IMG/VR virus record: IMGVR_UViG_3300034082_001419
Location: 32,001 to 96,000 of that record
Source: a virus
DNA length: 64,000 nucleotides
Strand: one strand, 5' to 3'
A program made the position numbers and the translations under genes. Shown here one piece after another: positions 1 through 10,960 of the stretch (position 1 is its first letter; every line of letters begins with the position of its first letter). The notes beneath the pieces are model-generated. The model did no database searches, was not told the DNA's origin, and saw only the letters and a program-made list of their open reading frames with translations.

Positions 1-3000
1 AGTTTCTTTTTTAGTAAACACCTCAATTGGAATACCTTCTTGAAGTATTTTTGTTAAGTCTTCTTTAGAAAGCTGTCTGTAGAATTCAGATTTATAACCA
101 AGTATACCTAGTTTAGTTTTATCTTCATCACTTAATTTTACTTCAGTAGCTACTTTAAGACCAGGTTCAGCAATCTTAATTTTTTCATCAATTTTAGACT
201 TAATCTTATTAAAGTCAGGATCAAGTTTGAAATACCACTTATCAAGACCAAGTAATTCTTTACGTGATGGCTGATTTACAGAAGAAATTTTATACTCTTT
301 TGTATTTATTGTTATCTCAATAGGCATGATGTTTATTTCAGCATCAAGTCCTGTCATCTTTTTCAACAATCTAGCATAAGTATATTGTTGCAAAGTGTAG
401 TCTTCAATTTTATTTAACCCTGATTCAGTTTTTTCTACAAAACCAGTCCATTTTTCTTGAGTACCAGTTTTAAAATCAATTATTTGTAATTTACCTTTTG
501 CATCAATTAATAGTAAATCAATCTCACCAGCTATACCAGTTTCTTCATCAAATACTTTAATGTTATTAGCTAATACATATAATTCACCTGAATCTATTTT
601 TTGTTTTAATGGTCTAATAAAACTATCTGCTCCAAATAATTCATCATAAGCTTCTCTAGAAATCTCTGACTCATCAAACTCTGGTACTTCACCAGGGGTA
701 AAGAATTTTCTTAATTGGACATCTACATAGTTACCGGCTTTTCTAGTATATTCATATGCATTATCTGCTATGTATTTTTGTATTACAAGTAATAATTCTT
801 TTTTATTTTTAAATGCTGTACCGTCTTCACTTACTAATAAATCATTTAAGTACTCTCTAAGATTATCTGATGATGAATTAACACCATCAATAGTATCTTT
901 TGTATATCCAAATCTTGATTCTTTAGTTAAAGTAGCATCTAATTCATTTATAAAATCATCAATACTAATTTTATTAAAACCAATTTTATTAATTGTATCA
1001 TCAAATGCATTAGCAATTATAGTTCTACCATTATATTTAAATAAACTTGTTTTAAAGTCTTGTAAGAAATTAGTTACTCTTTTTAATTCAGTACCATTGA
1101 CCTCATAAAAATTCTCATTTTTCTTCTTAATCTTTTTCTGTTCAGCAATTAATTTTTCACCTAAAGTCTTAATGATCTCTTGTACTTCTGGAGTAAACTC
1201 TTTTTTCTTACGTGATGCAATTAATTTTTCAAACTTGTTGATTAAAGTAGAAATACTCTCTTTTTTAACCACCTCATTTTCAGCATCTCTTTGTAATTTT
1301 AATTGATCAGCTAATGCACTTAATTTTTCAGTAGCATATTTTGAAGTATTAACAGTTTTTTTACCAAGTTGAAAATCAAATTCATCAATCTCACCTGACT
1401 TTTCTTTATTAACTTCCTCTTCATTTTTTGTATTATAAGTATCAATGATATCTTTTGCAATAGGATTTTTTAATATAAAATTAGAAAACATTATCTCAAT
1501 GTCTTCATCTTCTAAATCTAGTGTATCAGTTGCTGATCCCTCTTCAGATTCATTATAGGCATCTTGTAATTGCTTATATAAATCTTTAGGTAATTGATCA
1601 AGAGGTGTATTAATAGAATATAATTTTAACTCATTGGTATCTTTATCAACATTATACTTAGCAATTACTTCTTGTTTAAGCTTGTTATATTTTTCATTAA
1701 TAACTTTTACTTGTTCTGGATCTGGTTTAAGTTCAAGTTTATAAGTAGTAAATTGAGAGAATGTAGCTTTAACATCTTTAATAGATATTATATCACCATT
1801 TTTATCATCATTTCTTAAACCTTCTTCAGAACTGTATAAAGTAATTATATTACCATTTTCAGCATCAGTAATATCTACAAATTCACCTAATGCAACTTCA
1901 ACAGCAACATCTTTGATTGTTAAACCATCTTTTTTAACTGTAGTACCTTTAGTTTTTACTACAATTGTTTCTAGTCCATCAATCTCACTTTTTTCAGCAG
2001 CATTGAGTTTATCAATTTGTATTTGTAACTTTTCATCAAGTGACTCTTTGGTTACATTATTTTCTCTTAATGTTTTTGCTTGGAATAATAAGAAGAATAA
2101 ACTTTTATATCTATCACTACCAATTGGAATAACTTGTTTAGTTGTCTCATCAAAAAACTCTTTAGGTGGTACACCATTTTCCATAAAGTCTTGAAACTGC
2201 TCAAGGTCAATGAAAACATTCATATCAGCTAATCTATTTAATATCTCATTATTTTCAAGTGCTGACATTTGTTTATTAACCATATCAACATAATAATCAG
2301 ATCTATTATTATATAGGTTAGTCATCCAAGTTTTAGTCTTATTAACATTATCCATGAATCCTTGTGGATCATGTAATAAATTAATTTGTTCAACAAGTCT
2401 TTTAGATTCTTTAGATAATTCATAATAGTCTTTAAGCGTTACAAAACTATCATCTATATCAGTATCAAATATATATGATGAATCAATACCATTTGTATTT
2501 TTTAAATAGTTTTTATATGATATTTCTAATTTAGAATCTAATAGTCTTTTACCTGTTTCTGCATCAAGTATGTGTTCAATTTCTGAATCTGTTAATTCTG
2601 CACCAAATGCTTCTTTAAATTGTGATTGATTTGCATTTAATATTTGTACTTTTTCTTCATCAGTTAAATTCTCAAGATTGTTTTTCTTTTTTATCTCCTC
2701 AAATACTGCTTCAGCAATTTTAACTTTAGGAGCTCTTGACTCATATTGATCATGTGCATCAGCAAATTCTTCAAGTGCAGCAACTCTTTTTTGTTTTTTA
2801 ATTAAGTCTGCTTTAGATCTTGAATCAGTTGCAAGTTTTAAACCTTCTATTTCTGAGTTAAGTAAATCTACTTCATTACCTATATTAGATGGATCCAATA
2901 TAAAATTCATGTCTAACTGAGACATGTTTTTCATTGAAGGGTTATTTAAAATACTACCAGAGATATCTGTCATTCTCTTAGTAGTATTCATAAATGCATG

Positions 3001-5292
3001 ATTATTAAAAACGTAAGCTTGTACCCCGTTTCTCCAAGCACTATGAAACATATCTGCATCTTCATATTCAGGAGTACCTTCTTTATAATTACTTAAATCA
3101 ACAGGATTCTGAAATCTGTCATTTGCATAATTAAAAGCTTTTTCTACTGAGTCAACATTAGCTAGTATACTATCAATTTTTTCTTGTTGATTAGCACCTG
3201 CACCTTTTTCAAAACCAAATGCCTCCTCATATTCTTCTTGAGTTAAGTCTTTAAATGATGCAATATGATCTTTAAAGTAGTTAAGTGTATCAGTATTTAA
3301 TGCTGTTGATACTTGAGTAACAAATGCTTTACTTAGTTCATCTTTTGCTTTTTTAGTATCTGCATCATCAGTATCTGTAACAACATTATTTTGTGTACCA
3401 TAATTAAATATTCTTGAGTTAAAGAATTGTGATGGGGTATTATATAATGCTGTTAACTGTGCAGCTACATCTTTACCATGTTTTTCTCTTGTTGTTTTAT
3501 ACTCTTGATATTTTTCTTTATTAAAAGTATTATTATATCCATAGTCTAAACCACCTTTTACAGCATTTAATCCTCCTGAAAAAATACCCATTAATAAACC
3601 AGAAGAAAATGTTTCAAAACCTTGAGCTGAGAATTGATTTTTTACACCATCATACATTAATGAACTAAGTCCTCTATTGTATAAGTGTGCTCCTAATTCT
3701 TTATTCTTATATGCATCCATATAATACTTCTCATTAGCTGCAGAAATTACATCTTGTAAACTTTCTTGTAAACCTTCTACTAAGTTACCTTTAAGATATT
3801 TACCTACTATTTTAGCAGAAGTTAATACTGGAGCTTTTTTAAATCCTTTAAGTGAATTTTTAAATGAGTCTTCAATATAATTAAATGTACCAGTAGCAAC
3901 CTTTTTACCTTCACCAAATGTTTTTTCAAGTACAACTTTACCACCTTTCATAGTGTATACATCATCAATCTTAGATTGTAATGCTCTTTTAGATACACCA
4001 GACTTTAATAAATTAGGAAGAACAACTTTATTTGATACAAGAATTAAAGCAGTATTCCACATCAATGTGTTCATACCTGCTTCTTTTGCAATTTTAGTCA
4101 TTCTGTATTGCTCATCATCATTTGGTGCTCTTTTATTCTTTAAATAAAATGCATCATAAGCTTTATCATATACAGCATTATCAGTCATACCACCTTCAAG
4201 ACGGGCTTCAGCTAATGCCATATTAATATTTCTTACATCTCTAAATAAACCTCCAGCAGTTTTACTTGTACTTTGTGCTAATCTAGCAAAGCCAGTTAAG
4301 TTATCAGCATTTTTACCAATACCAATAGCGGCATCAAATGTATTTTCAAATGGATTTAAAAACTTACCTATCTTACTTGCACCAATATTTTCTGCTGCTT
4401 TCCACATTTTTCTAGCACCATTGATATTATTTGCTTCTTTAAGTGTAGTATTAACAGCTTTATAACCATCCATTGCTAAGCCAATTGCATCACCAACTTT
4501 ACCAAGTTTTCTAGCATTATTTGCTGTAGCTGCAAATAAAGAACCACCACCAGTTAATGGAGCAAGTAACATTCCTGCACCTTCTTCTAATATTGACTCA
4601 GCAATAATACCTGCTGTATATGTAAAACTCATTGCAGTATTACTAAAGAATGCTCCCATTCCTTTTTTAGATGACTGTCCTATAGCTGCTGCATTCTCAT
4701 ATGCTCTTGCATCTTCAGTATCAGCACTAAAATCACCTTGCATCATTTTTACTAAACTCTTAGGACCAGCAACAAAACCTCTAGCAAATAATGGTACAAA
4801 TGAGTTTTTCATCATTCTTGTAAAGTCATCACCTACTGTAGTATGAGCATTGTACATTGCTTCATTATCTCTTAGTGGAGAGAAACCTATTTCATCAAAT
4901 TTCTTTTGACCATATGCAGCATATCTTTTATAAAAAGAGTTACCTGAAGGTCCAGCATTATAAGCATTTACTTTAGCATATTGATTTCTGTCTTTATTAG
5001 CAGCAATATGCATTTTAAAACTTTGACCAAGTGCATCACCTATTTCATCTGCAGATAACTTTTTTCTAGGATTTCTTGAACTTGGTATTCCTGGTGCATG
5101 ACCTGTTATTGCATCTTGAATAGGATAATTAGGATTAGTAGATGTTAATGGTGGAGTAACAGGAAAAAAATTTATTTTATTATCTTTTAATGTGTCACCT
5201 TCAAATGGAGATAAGCTTTTAGAATTAATAGCTGGTGCATTAATACGACCAAATTCTGGCCCTAGTGGATCTAATGAGTTATTGTTTTCCAT
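1..5292 (-). CDS. Giant virion-internal/ejection protein, 5' part only (>1760 aa, runs off window), with embedded PD-(D/E)XK nuclease domain
   Basis: Not in ORF track because no stop is reached. ATG at 5292 overlaps the upstream TAA (TAATG); begins MENNNSLDPLGPEFGRINAP. Spot translations in this frame are open, including TGIAGEIDLLLIDAKGKLQIIDFKTG (540-463) and YTLQQYTYARLL (399-364). Confidence 0.85.
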   Translation of the reverse strand, partial: MENNNSLDPLGPEFGRINAPAINSKSLSPFEGDTLKDNKINFFPVTPPLTSTNPNYPIQDAITGHAPGIPSSRNPRKKLSADEIGDALGQSFKMHIAANKDRNQYAKVNAYNAGPSGNSFYKRYAAYGQKKFDEIGFSPLRDNEAMYNAHTTVGDDFTRMMKNSFVPLFARGFVAGPKSLVKMMQGDFSADTEDARAYENAAAIGQSSKKGMGAFFSNTAMSFTYTAGIIAESILEEGAGMLLAPLTGGGSLFAATANNARKLGKVGDAIGLAMDGYKAVNTTLKEANNINGARKMWKAAENIGASKIGKFLNPFENTFDAAIGIGKNADNLTGFARLAQSTSKTAGGLFRDVRNINMALAEARLEGGMTDNAVYDKAYDAFYLKNKRAPNDDEQYRMTKIAKEAGMNTLMWNTALILVSNKVVLPNLLKSGVSKRALQSKIDDVYTMKGGKVVLEKTFGEGKKVATGTFNYIEDSFKNSLKGFKKAPVLTSAKIVGKYLKGNLVEGLQESLQDVISAANEKYYMDAYKNKELGAHLYNRGLSSLMYDGVKNQFSAQGFETFSSGLLMGIFSGGLNAVKGGLDYGYNNTFNKEKYQEYKTTREKHGKDVAAQLTALYNTPSQFFNSRIFNYGTQNNVVTDTDDADTKKAKDELSKAFVTQVSTALNTDTLNYFKDHIASFKDLTQEEYEEAFGFEKGAGANQQEKIDSILANVDSVEKAFNYANDRFQNPVDLSNYKEGTPEYEDADMFHSAWRNGVQAYVFNNHAFMNTTKRMTDISGSILNNPSMKNMSQLDMNFILDPSNIGNEVDLLNSEIEGLKLATDSRSKADLIKKQKRVAALEEFADAHDQYESRAPKVKIAEAVFEEIKKKNNLENLTDEEKVQILNANQSQFKEAFGAELTDSEIEHILDAETGKRLLDSKLEISYKNYLKNTNGIDSSYIFDTDIDDSFVTLKDYYELSKESKRLVEQINLLHDPQGFMDNVNKTKTWMTNLYNNRSDYYVDMVNKQMSALENNEILNRLADMNVFIDLEQFQDFMENGVPPKEFFDETTKQVIPIGSDRYKSLFFLLFQAKTLRENNVTKESLDEKLQIQIDKLNAAEKSEIDGLETIVVKTKGTTVKKDGLTIKDVAVEVALGEFVDITDAENGNIITLYSSEEGLRNDDKNGDIISIKDVKATFSQFTTYKLELKPDPEQVKVINEKYNKLKQEVIAKYNVDKDTNELKLYSINTPLDQLPKDLYKQLQDAYNESEEGSATDTLDLEDEDIEIMFSNFILKNPIAKDIIDTYNTKNEEEVNKEKSGEIDEFDFQLGKKTVNTSKYATEKLSALADQLKLQRDAENEVVKKESISTLINKFEKLIASRKKKEFTPEVQEIIKTLGEKLIAEQKKIKKKNENFYEVNGTELKRVTNFLQDFKTSLFKYNGRTIIANAFDDTINKIGFNKISIDDFINELDATLTKESRFGYTKDTIDGVNSSSDNLREYLNDLLVSEDGTAFKNKKELLLVIQKYIADNAYEYTRKAGNYVDVQLRKFFTPGEVPEFDESEISREAYDELFGADSFIRPLKQKIDSGELYVLANNIKVFDEETGIAGEIDLLLIDAKGKLQIIDFKTGTQEKWTGFVEKTESGLNKIEDYTLQQYTYARLLKKMTGLDAEINIMPIEITINTKEYKISSVNQPSRKELLGLDKWYFKLDPDFNKIKSKIDEKIKIAEPGLKVATEVKLSDEDKTKLGILGYKSEFYRQLSKEDLTKILQEGIPIEVFTKKET

Positions 5293-8234
5293 TATCTATT
5301 ACTATTAAAGATTTCATTATTAGAATTAGTAGTTGTTTGCCAATATAAAGGAGCTTCTGCTCTTATATTTTCAAGATCTTGTCCTGTAGATACTTGATCA
5401 CTAACTGTTTTTAAAATATATTTATTCTTTTGTGGATCCCATTGTTTAAAGTTTATTTCATATCTATATCCACCCAAAATATTATCTTTTTCAAATTTAA
5501 TATTATTCATATGACTATCATCAGTTGGATCATTAAGTACAACTGGTTCTTTGCTGTAATTAACATGTGCTTGAAATGGAGTAGTTTTTGTTGCTTCATA
5601 TATACTATTATTCCATTTATTTTCATCAGCCGTCATTGATATACCATTTTCAGCAATGTATCTAGCCAACTTTGGACTTATAGTGCCAGCACCTCTTTTA
5701 TAAGTTTTACCTTCACCTGATTCAGTATATGTATGTTTCTTCAACCATTCAGAATCTGGATAAATAATCATTGCTCCTTTACCAGCTTTATTTTGTGCTA
5801 GTGGTTGTGCAGCAAGTCTGAATCCTCTAAATTTTCCACCTGGTTCAGATGTCTCTTTAAACATTTCTTGTAATAATGCTTTACCTTCTTTGTTTCTTTT
5901 TGCACCTGATATTGTAGGACCAACAAATGATACATCAACATCAGCATCAAAATCAAGATTATTTATATCTCTTTTAAAACCTTCATATCCAAATGAACCA
6001 ACTGAAGTTCTATCATCTGGATAAACAGTAAGCCCATGTTCACCTATAGTAGTTAAACCTGCATCTTTAGCTTGACCAACTGCTGTTAATTGTGGTGGTA
6101 AAGAAGTAAATTTTACACCAGTAGATCCATATGCTTTATGTATTGCTGTTTTAAGTTCATCATACAAATCAGGTACATTTTTTTTAACTGTTTGAGGTCT
6201 AGTATCTTGAATATCATATACATTTAATATAGCTGGTTTATTTGAAGCAATTAAATCATGAATATTTGTTAAGCCTGTTACTGTTCTACCTATCTTTTTT
6301 GCAAATTCAGCTTTACTTAATAATGAACCCTTATCATCATACATTTTTTCAACATAATTTTTTAAATCTTTGTCAATTGTTTTTTTAACATGATCTACAA
6401 CAGCTTTTTGAGATCCTCTTCTCCAATCATGTAAATCAGATACGTATGTATAATAATCATTTAATTCATTATTATACCTGCTCATTTGTTGACCAACTGC
6501 ATCAAATCCTTTTACGCCTTTATCATAATTCTGCTTAATAATTTGTTGAAAACCATTTGTAATTTGTTTTAACTTAGAAGAACCTAATGTTTTTGTAATA
6601 AGTTTATATGGATCAGATTGTAATTGTTCATTTAATTTATCTGCAGTCATGCCTGAATTACGGAATATAGTTTTTAAGTCATCATTAGATAATTTACCTT
6701 GTTTTTGTAAATCTCTAATAGATGTAAGCATATTTGTAACATATGGTACTACTTTATCAGTAACTTGAGTACTTGTATATTTAGCTGATTGCTCACTTAA
6801 ATTTACAATATCAGCTGATGCACCTTTACCTTTAAATCTTGTAGTAAGTAAGTTAGCTTCATCTTTTTGTACTGCTTGACCATAATAAGGGCTGTTTGGA
6901 TCATTATCTCTTTCCCAACCACCTGTTGCAATTCTTTCTTTATCAATTTCTGTTTGACGTGCAATGTTTGCTGCTCTTTCTCTACCAGCATTGGCAGAAG
7001 CAACTTCTTGCATTCTATATTGATGAGCCATTGCTTGTACAGCAAATGGATTAGCATTTATATCTTGTTTAGCATTACTATATGCAAATACATTTGCGGC
7101 TTCACCTAAATCTTTTTGCATTAATCTAGATGCCATACCAGCATCAACTTTATATCTTAATGATTCAATATCACCATAAGGATTTTCAAATCCTGTACTT
7201 GTTGATAATGTACCAGATTTTTCAGATAATGATTTTACTGTATTATCAGTATTTGTTAATACTGCATTATTTATTTCTTTTGCTTGTTTTAGTCTTGATA
7301 AGTAATCATTAGAACCTGGTGTTGAATTATTATCTTCTATAGCTTTTTCAACATCACTAGCTTTTTTATTATAAACTTTATTGTTTTGTTCAAGTTTTAC
7401 TAATCTTGCTTCATTTTCAGCTTTAAGCATTTTATAACTCTCAGTAAGATAACTCATTTCAGCAGCATTATTATCTCCACCAAATTGAGCAGCATTTGAA
7501 TATGCATAATCTTTTCTATTTACATATGCTTGAGTTTTATAAACATCCATTACTGCAGGATCAGATCCAAGTGTTGCTTCAAATAAATGAGATAGTTTTG
7601 GTATTAATTGCTCACCATTTTTAGTCTTAACAATCCATTTACCGTCAGGACTAAAATCAACAGTTTCAACAGATAATCCAGCATCTTTAGCAATCTTTTG
7701 AGCTTTTTCCATTACATTTACATAAGGAGTATAGCTAACATTTTGCATATTCATTGTTTGCTCAAGTGAAGAGTTTTTAAATTCTTCAGTCATGTAATCA
7801 ATTGCTTTTACACCATCAGCCCAGTATTGTGATCTTTGTTTTTCATCTCTGTTATTTTTCAAACCCATCCCGTATTCTCTTTGACTATTTTTATTTTTAG
7901 TCCAAGCCATATCTTTCATAAGATGTTTATCTTCATAGAATGGTTTAAATACCTGTTGAGCTTGAGTAACATTTTGTTCAAGTGATAAATCTAAACCGGA
8001 AACACGTTTAAGATTAAAATCAATAGATTTAATTAATTCATCTTTTTTCTTAAGATTATCACCATGTGTTAAGTCAGCATAAAAATATTGACCATATACA
8101 TTGCTTAATGCTTTATAGTTTGTATCATATTGATTTTGTTTAGTCTGCAAAGCATTTGCATAAAAGTTTAAATCAGGTTGAAATGGTTGAAACTGAGGTA
8201 TATAATCGGTCACGCCCTGGATGTAAGTCGCCAT
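5292..8234 (-). CDS. Large putative internal virion (cargo/ejection) protein, 980 aa
   Basis: Long ORF, helical Q/N/K-rich, lies between tail stabilisation gene block and giant ORF as in crAss-like gene order; function inferred from position. Confidence 0.6.
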   Translation of the reverse strand: MATYIQGVTDYIPQFQPFQPDLNFYANALQTKQNQYDTNYKALSNVYGQYFYADLTHGDNLKKKDELIKSIDFNLKRVSGLDLSLEQNVTQAQQVFKPFYEDKHLMKDMAWTKNKNSQREYGMGLKNNRDEKQRSQYWADGVKAIDYMTEEFKNSSLEQTMNMQNVSYTPYVNVMEKAQKIAKDAGLSVETVDFSPDGKWIVKTKNGEQLIPKLSHLFEATLGSDPAVMDVYKTQAYVNRKDYAYSNAAQFGGDNNAAEMSYLTESYKMLKAENEARLVKLEQNNKVYNKKASDVEKAIEDNNSTPGSNDYLSRLKQAKEINNAVLTNTDNTVKSLSEKSGTLSTSTGFENPYGDIESLRYKVDAGMASRLMQKDLGEAANVFAYSNAKQDINANPFAVQAMAHQYRMQEVASANAGRERAANIARQTEIDKERIATGGWERDNDPNSPYYGQAVQKDEANLLTTRFKGKGASADIVNLSEQSAKYTSTQVTDKVVPYVTNMLTSIRDLQKQGKLSNDDLKTIFRNSGMTADKLNEQLQSDPYKLITKTLGSSKLKQITNGFQQIIKQNYDKGVKGFDAVGQQMSRYNNELNDYYTYVSDLHDWRRGSQKAVVDHVKKTIDKDLKNYVEKMYDDKGSLLSKAEFAKKIGRTVTGLTNIHDLIASNKPAILNVYDIQDTRPQTVKKNVPDLYDELKTAIHKAYGSTGVKFTSLPPQLTAVGQAKDAGLTTIGEHGLTVYPDDRTSVGSFGYEGFKRDINNLDFDADVDVSFVGPTISGAKRNKEGKALLQEMFKETSEPGGKFRGFRLAAQPLAQNKAGKGAMIIYPDSEWLKKHTYTESGEGKTYKRGAGTISPKLARYIAENGISMTADENKWNNSIYEATKTTPFQAHVNYSKEPVVLNDPTDDSHMNNIKFEKDNILGGYRYEINFKQWDPQKNKYILKTVSDQVSTGQDLENIRAEAPLYWQTTTNSNNEIFNSNR

Positions 8235-8285
8235 AATATTAATGTTTGTCTATACTGTAAATATATTAAAATTTTATAAGTTTAC

Positions 8286-8302
8286 TAAACTTAAAAAGTT
8301 TA
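8286..8302. promoter_or_regulatory. Operator-like palindrome TAAACTT-N3-AAGTTTA
   Basis: Perfect inverted repeat TAAACTT aaa AAGTTTA; one-mismatch copies at 13449-13465 and 39491-39507, all at gene boundaries. Confidence 0.5.
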
Positions 8303-10951
8303 GGTAAACTGGAAAGGGAATACATTTGAACCCATTACATAAGCCATTTGAACTGCTCCACCTTTTTTACTTTTTTTCCCAACACCACCATACATATCGG
8401 GCATACCAGTACTTCCTGAACTACCTTGTTGCTGCATATAATTATCAATCATTTTAGCTTGTACTCTTTCTGGTAAACCACTTGCATTAACTTTATTTGC
8501 ATATGTTAATAGATCTTCATTATATGTTGGAGGAATACCCTCTTTACCTTTAGTAAAATGCATTCTACCACCACTTCTTGGATCTACTGCATACTGAGGA
8601 TACATTTGATTCATTGCATCTGTTTGCATCATATTAGTAACTCCAGTATTGTATGCTTGACCAAGATTATGTCTTAATGCACGTTTAGTATTTTTAAACT
8701 GTTGATTAGCAATTACATTTTGATCATATAACTGTTTATTCTGTGCTTGATTAAATCTTTGTGCTTCATTCATTATTTGAGCATTATTACCTTCAAACTG
8801 ATTAGCAACACCAACATTTTGATTATTGTATCTTGAAAGTGTATCAGCTGCTTGTTTTGCACCTTGTCCTTGGATAGATGCTGATCTAGCAGATAATGCT
8901 TGTGGTCCTGTAAACTGAGCTAATGCTTGATTAGCAATATTAGCTTGTTCAGATTGTTGAGCTAATTCTCTTGTAGGATCATAAAATGTAGGAGTCATTA
9001 ACTCAGGTTCATATCTTGCTGCCCATGGTAAAGCTTTTTGTACATCAAAATAATCAGTAGCAGCAAGTCCCATATTTACTTTATCTTGTAACCACCATTC
9101 AGGATTTCTTTGATAAGGAGCTTCAGGTATTTCTTCTTGACCTGCTGCTGGTTGTTCAACAGGTCTACCTTCAACATCAGTTTCTACAAATTCACTTTCT
9201 GCAGGTTTATTATAACTTGATAATTGTTCTCCAGTAGTATTTGTATATGCTCTATCAATTGGAGATATTCTAGCATTTGCTTGCTTTATTTCATCAGCAA
9301 CTCCAGTTTCATAACCTTTCCAATTAGCTAATGCAGCTTGTTCTTCTTTTGTAAGCTTTTCTTTATTAGTTAATGCATCTGTAAAACCTTGAAATGTTGC
9401 TTGTTCTAATGCAGTATTATCTAATGGAATACCAACTTTATTAAATGCTTTATTTAAATCAGTTATATCACTTGATTTATACTTGTCATACATTTGTTTT
9501 GCTTCAGTAAGTTTTATTGGTTCACCATTATCATTTAATACTTTTTTAGCAACCATTTGTTCAGGAGTTAATAATTTACCTGTTGGAGCATCTTCAAAGT
9601 ATCTTGCTTTTATACCGTAAGCTTGTAATGCCATATTTCTTTTTTGATGTTTAGCAAATGCATCTCTTATTTCCTCATCTTTAAAATCTTTTTTACTAAA
9701 GTCTTCATAAGTTTTACTTGTTTTACCAGATTTACCTTTGTATTTAGATACATCTTTAATTGCTGCTCTTGTATAATTACCAAGTACTTTTGTAAACTCA
9801 GGCGTATTGATAGATTTATTCATATCTCTAAACTGAGAAGCAATTTCTTGAGAATCATTCCATGTAGATTTTAAATCTTCTCCTGTATATGGATCAACAG
9901 CTTTAGTTTTTTGAGTCAATTTTTTATATTTACCATCTGGCATTACAATATAAACTGGTTTCTTACCTGCTTTAGCAAACTGTTCATTTCTTGCAGTAGA
10001 ATATTCTTCTTCAGTTTTATAATCTCCTCTGTTAATTACAACTGCACCTTCTGGAATATCATATTTTACTTCACCTTTACTTTGGTATCTAGTTAATGAA
10101 CCACCATTTCTATATAATTGATCTCCAGAAAAGTTTCTTGGTGAATTATAATCTCCAGTCATCATACCATATTGAGCCATTGGAGGCATTTCCATTGCTT
10201 CTTCTTGTGGATTCTGCATACCTGGACCTTGCTCCATCATTTCTTCTTCAGGAGATTGTTCACCCATACCTTGATTCTCATATGGATTATTCATTGCTTG
10301 ATTATTAATCTGAGCTTGTGGTTTAGCTTTTTGAGGTATCAAGTCTTCTTCTTTTATACCCATTTGTTGCATATATGGTTGAGCAACTTCTGGTATACCT
10401 TGTGGAAAACCTTTTTTACTTTCTTGAGCTAAAGCTAATGCACCTAGTTTAAGATTAATATTCTTAATCATTAACTCAGCAGTCTTTTTATCTACCTTAT
10501 CTGAGTTAGGATCTTCTAATATAGTTCTATACTTATTGATATCATATGGTTTTGCTAATTCAGCAGGAGTATATGAACCAGATTTTTTACCAAATTTTGT
10601 AAGTATCTCAGGATCACTAATCTTCATGGCAGCAGTATCACTGAAGATAAATGTACCGTCAGGCAAATTTAATGCAGTTCCACCTTTACTATGTCTCTTA
10701 CCTCCAATAAGCATATGCTCAGTAAATCCATCACCATTGATATCACCAAATGCAGATTCACCTTTTTCAGCTTCTAGATTTGCTTCATCTCTTGGAACTT
10801 CTTTTAAATATCTAGTATTTTCAAGATGTCTTGATGCAGCATTCATATCAGCTCCACCAAAACTTATTACTTGCTTATTTAAATTGTTACCTGTAAAACC
10901 TCCCGTTTTAGCTTGTGGTAATCCTTTAGTTATTTTTACTTTAAAGTACAT
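8300..10951 (-). CDS. Putative internal virion cargo protein, 883 aa
   Basis: N-terminal EAEKGE...RHSKGG...FIFSD block, acidic/Q-rich linker, Q/N-rich helical C-terminus; carries xxxGG tags. Confidence 0.6.
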   Translation of the reverse strand: MYFKVKITKGLPQAKTGGFTGNNLNKQVISFGGADMNAASRHLENTRYLKEVPRDEANLEAEKGESAFGDINGDGFTEHMLIGGKRHSKGGTALNLPDGTFIFSDTAAMKISDPEILTKFGKKSGSYTPAELAKPYDINKYRTILEDPNSDKVDKKTAELMIKNINLKLGALALAQESKKGFPQGIPEVAQPYMQQMGIKEEDLIPQKAKPQAQINNQAMNNPYENQGMGEQSPEEEMMEQGPGMQNPQEEAMEMPPMAQYGMMTGDYNSPRNFSGDQLYRNGGSLTRYQSKGEVKYDIPEGAVVINRGDYKTEEEYSTARNEQFAKAGKKPVYIVMPDGKYKKLTQKTKAVDPYTGEDLKSTWNDSQEIASQFRDMNKSINTPEFTKVLGNYTRAAIKDVSKYKGKSGKTSKTYEDFSKKDFKDEEIRDAFAKHQKRNMALQAYGIKARYFEDAPTGKLLTPEQMVAKKVLNDNGEPIKLTEAKQMYDKYKSSDITDLNKAFNKVGIPLDNTALEQATFQGFTDALTNKEKLTKEEQAALANWKGYETGVADEIKQANARISPIDRAYTNTTGEQLSSYNKPAESEFVETDVEGRPVEQPAAGQEEIPEAPYQRNPEWWLQDKVNMGLAATDYFDVQKALPWAARYEPELMTPTFYDPTRELAQQSEQANIANQALAQFTGPQALSARSASIQGQGAKQAADTLSRYNNQNVGVANQFEGNNAQIMNEAQRFNQAQNKQLYDQNVIANQQFKNTKRALRHNLGQAYNTGVTNMMQTDAMNQMYPQYAVDPRSGGRMHFTKGKEGIPPTYNEDLLTYANKVNASGLPERVQAKMIDNYMQQQGSSGSTGMPDMYGGVGKKSKKGGAVQMAYVMGSNVFPFQFT

Positions 10952-10960
10952 AATACAAAA

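Noticed and set aside
1-8234. Virion RNA polymerase call for the large proteins
   Set aside because: No DxDxD-type catalytic motif in a convincing context was seen (DFDADVD in the 980-aa protein lacks supporting motifs); it may lie beyond the left edge.
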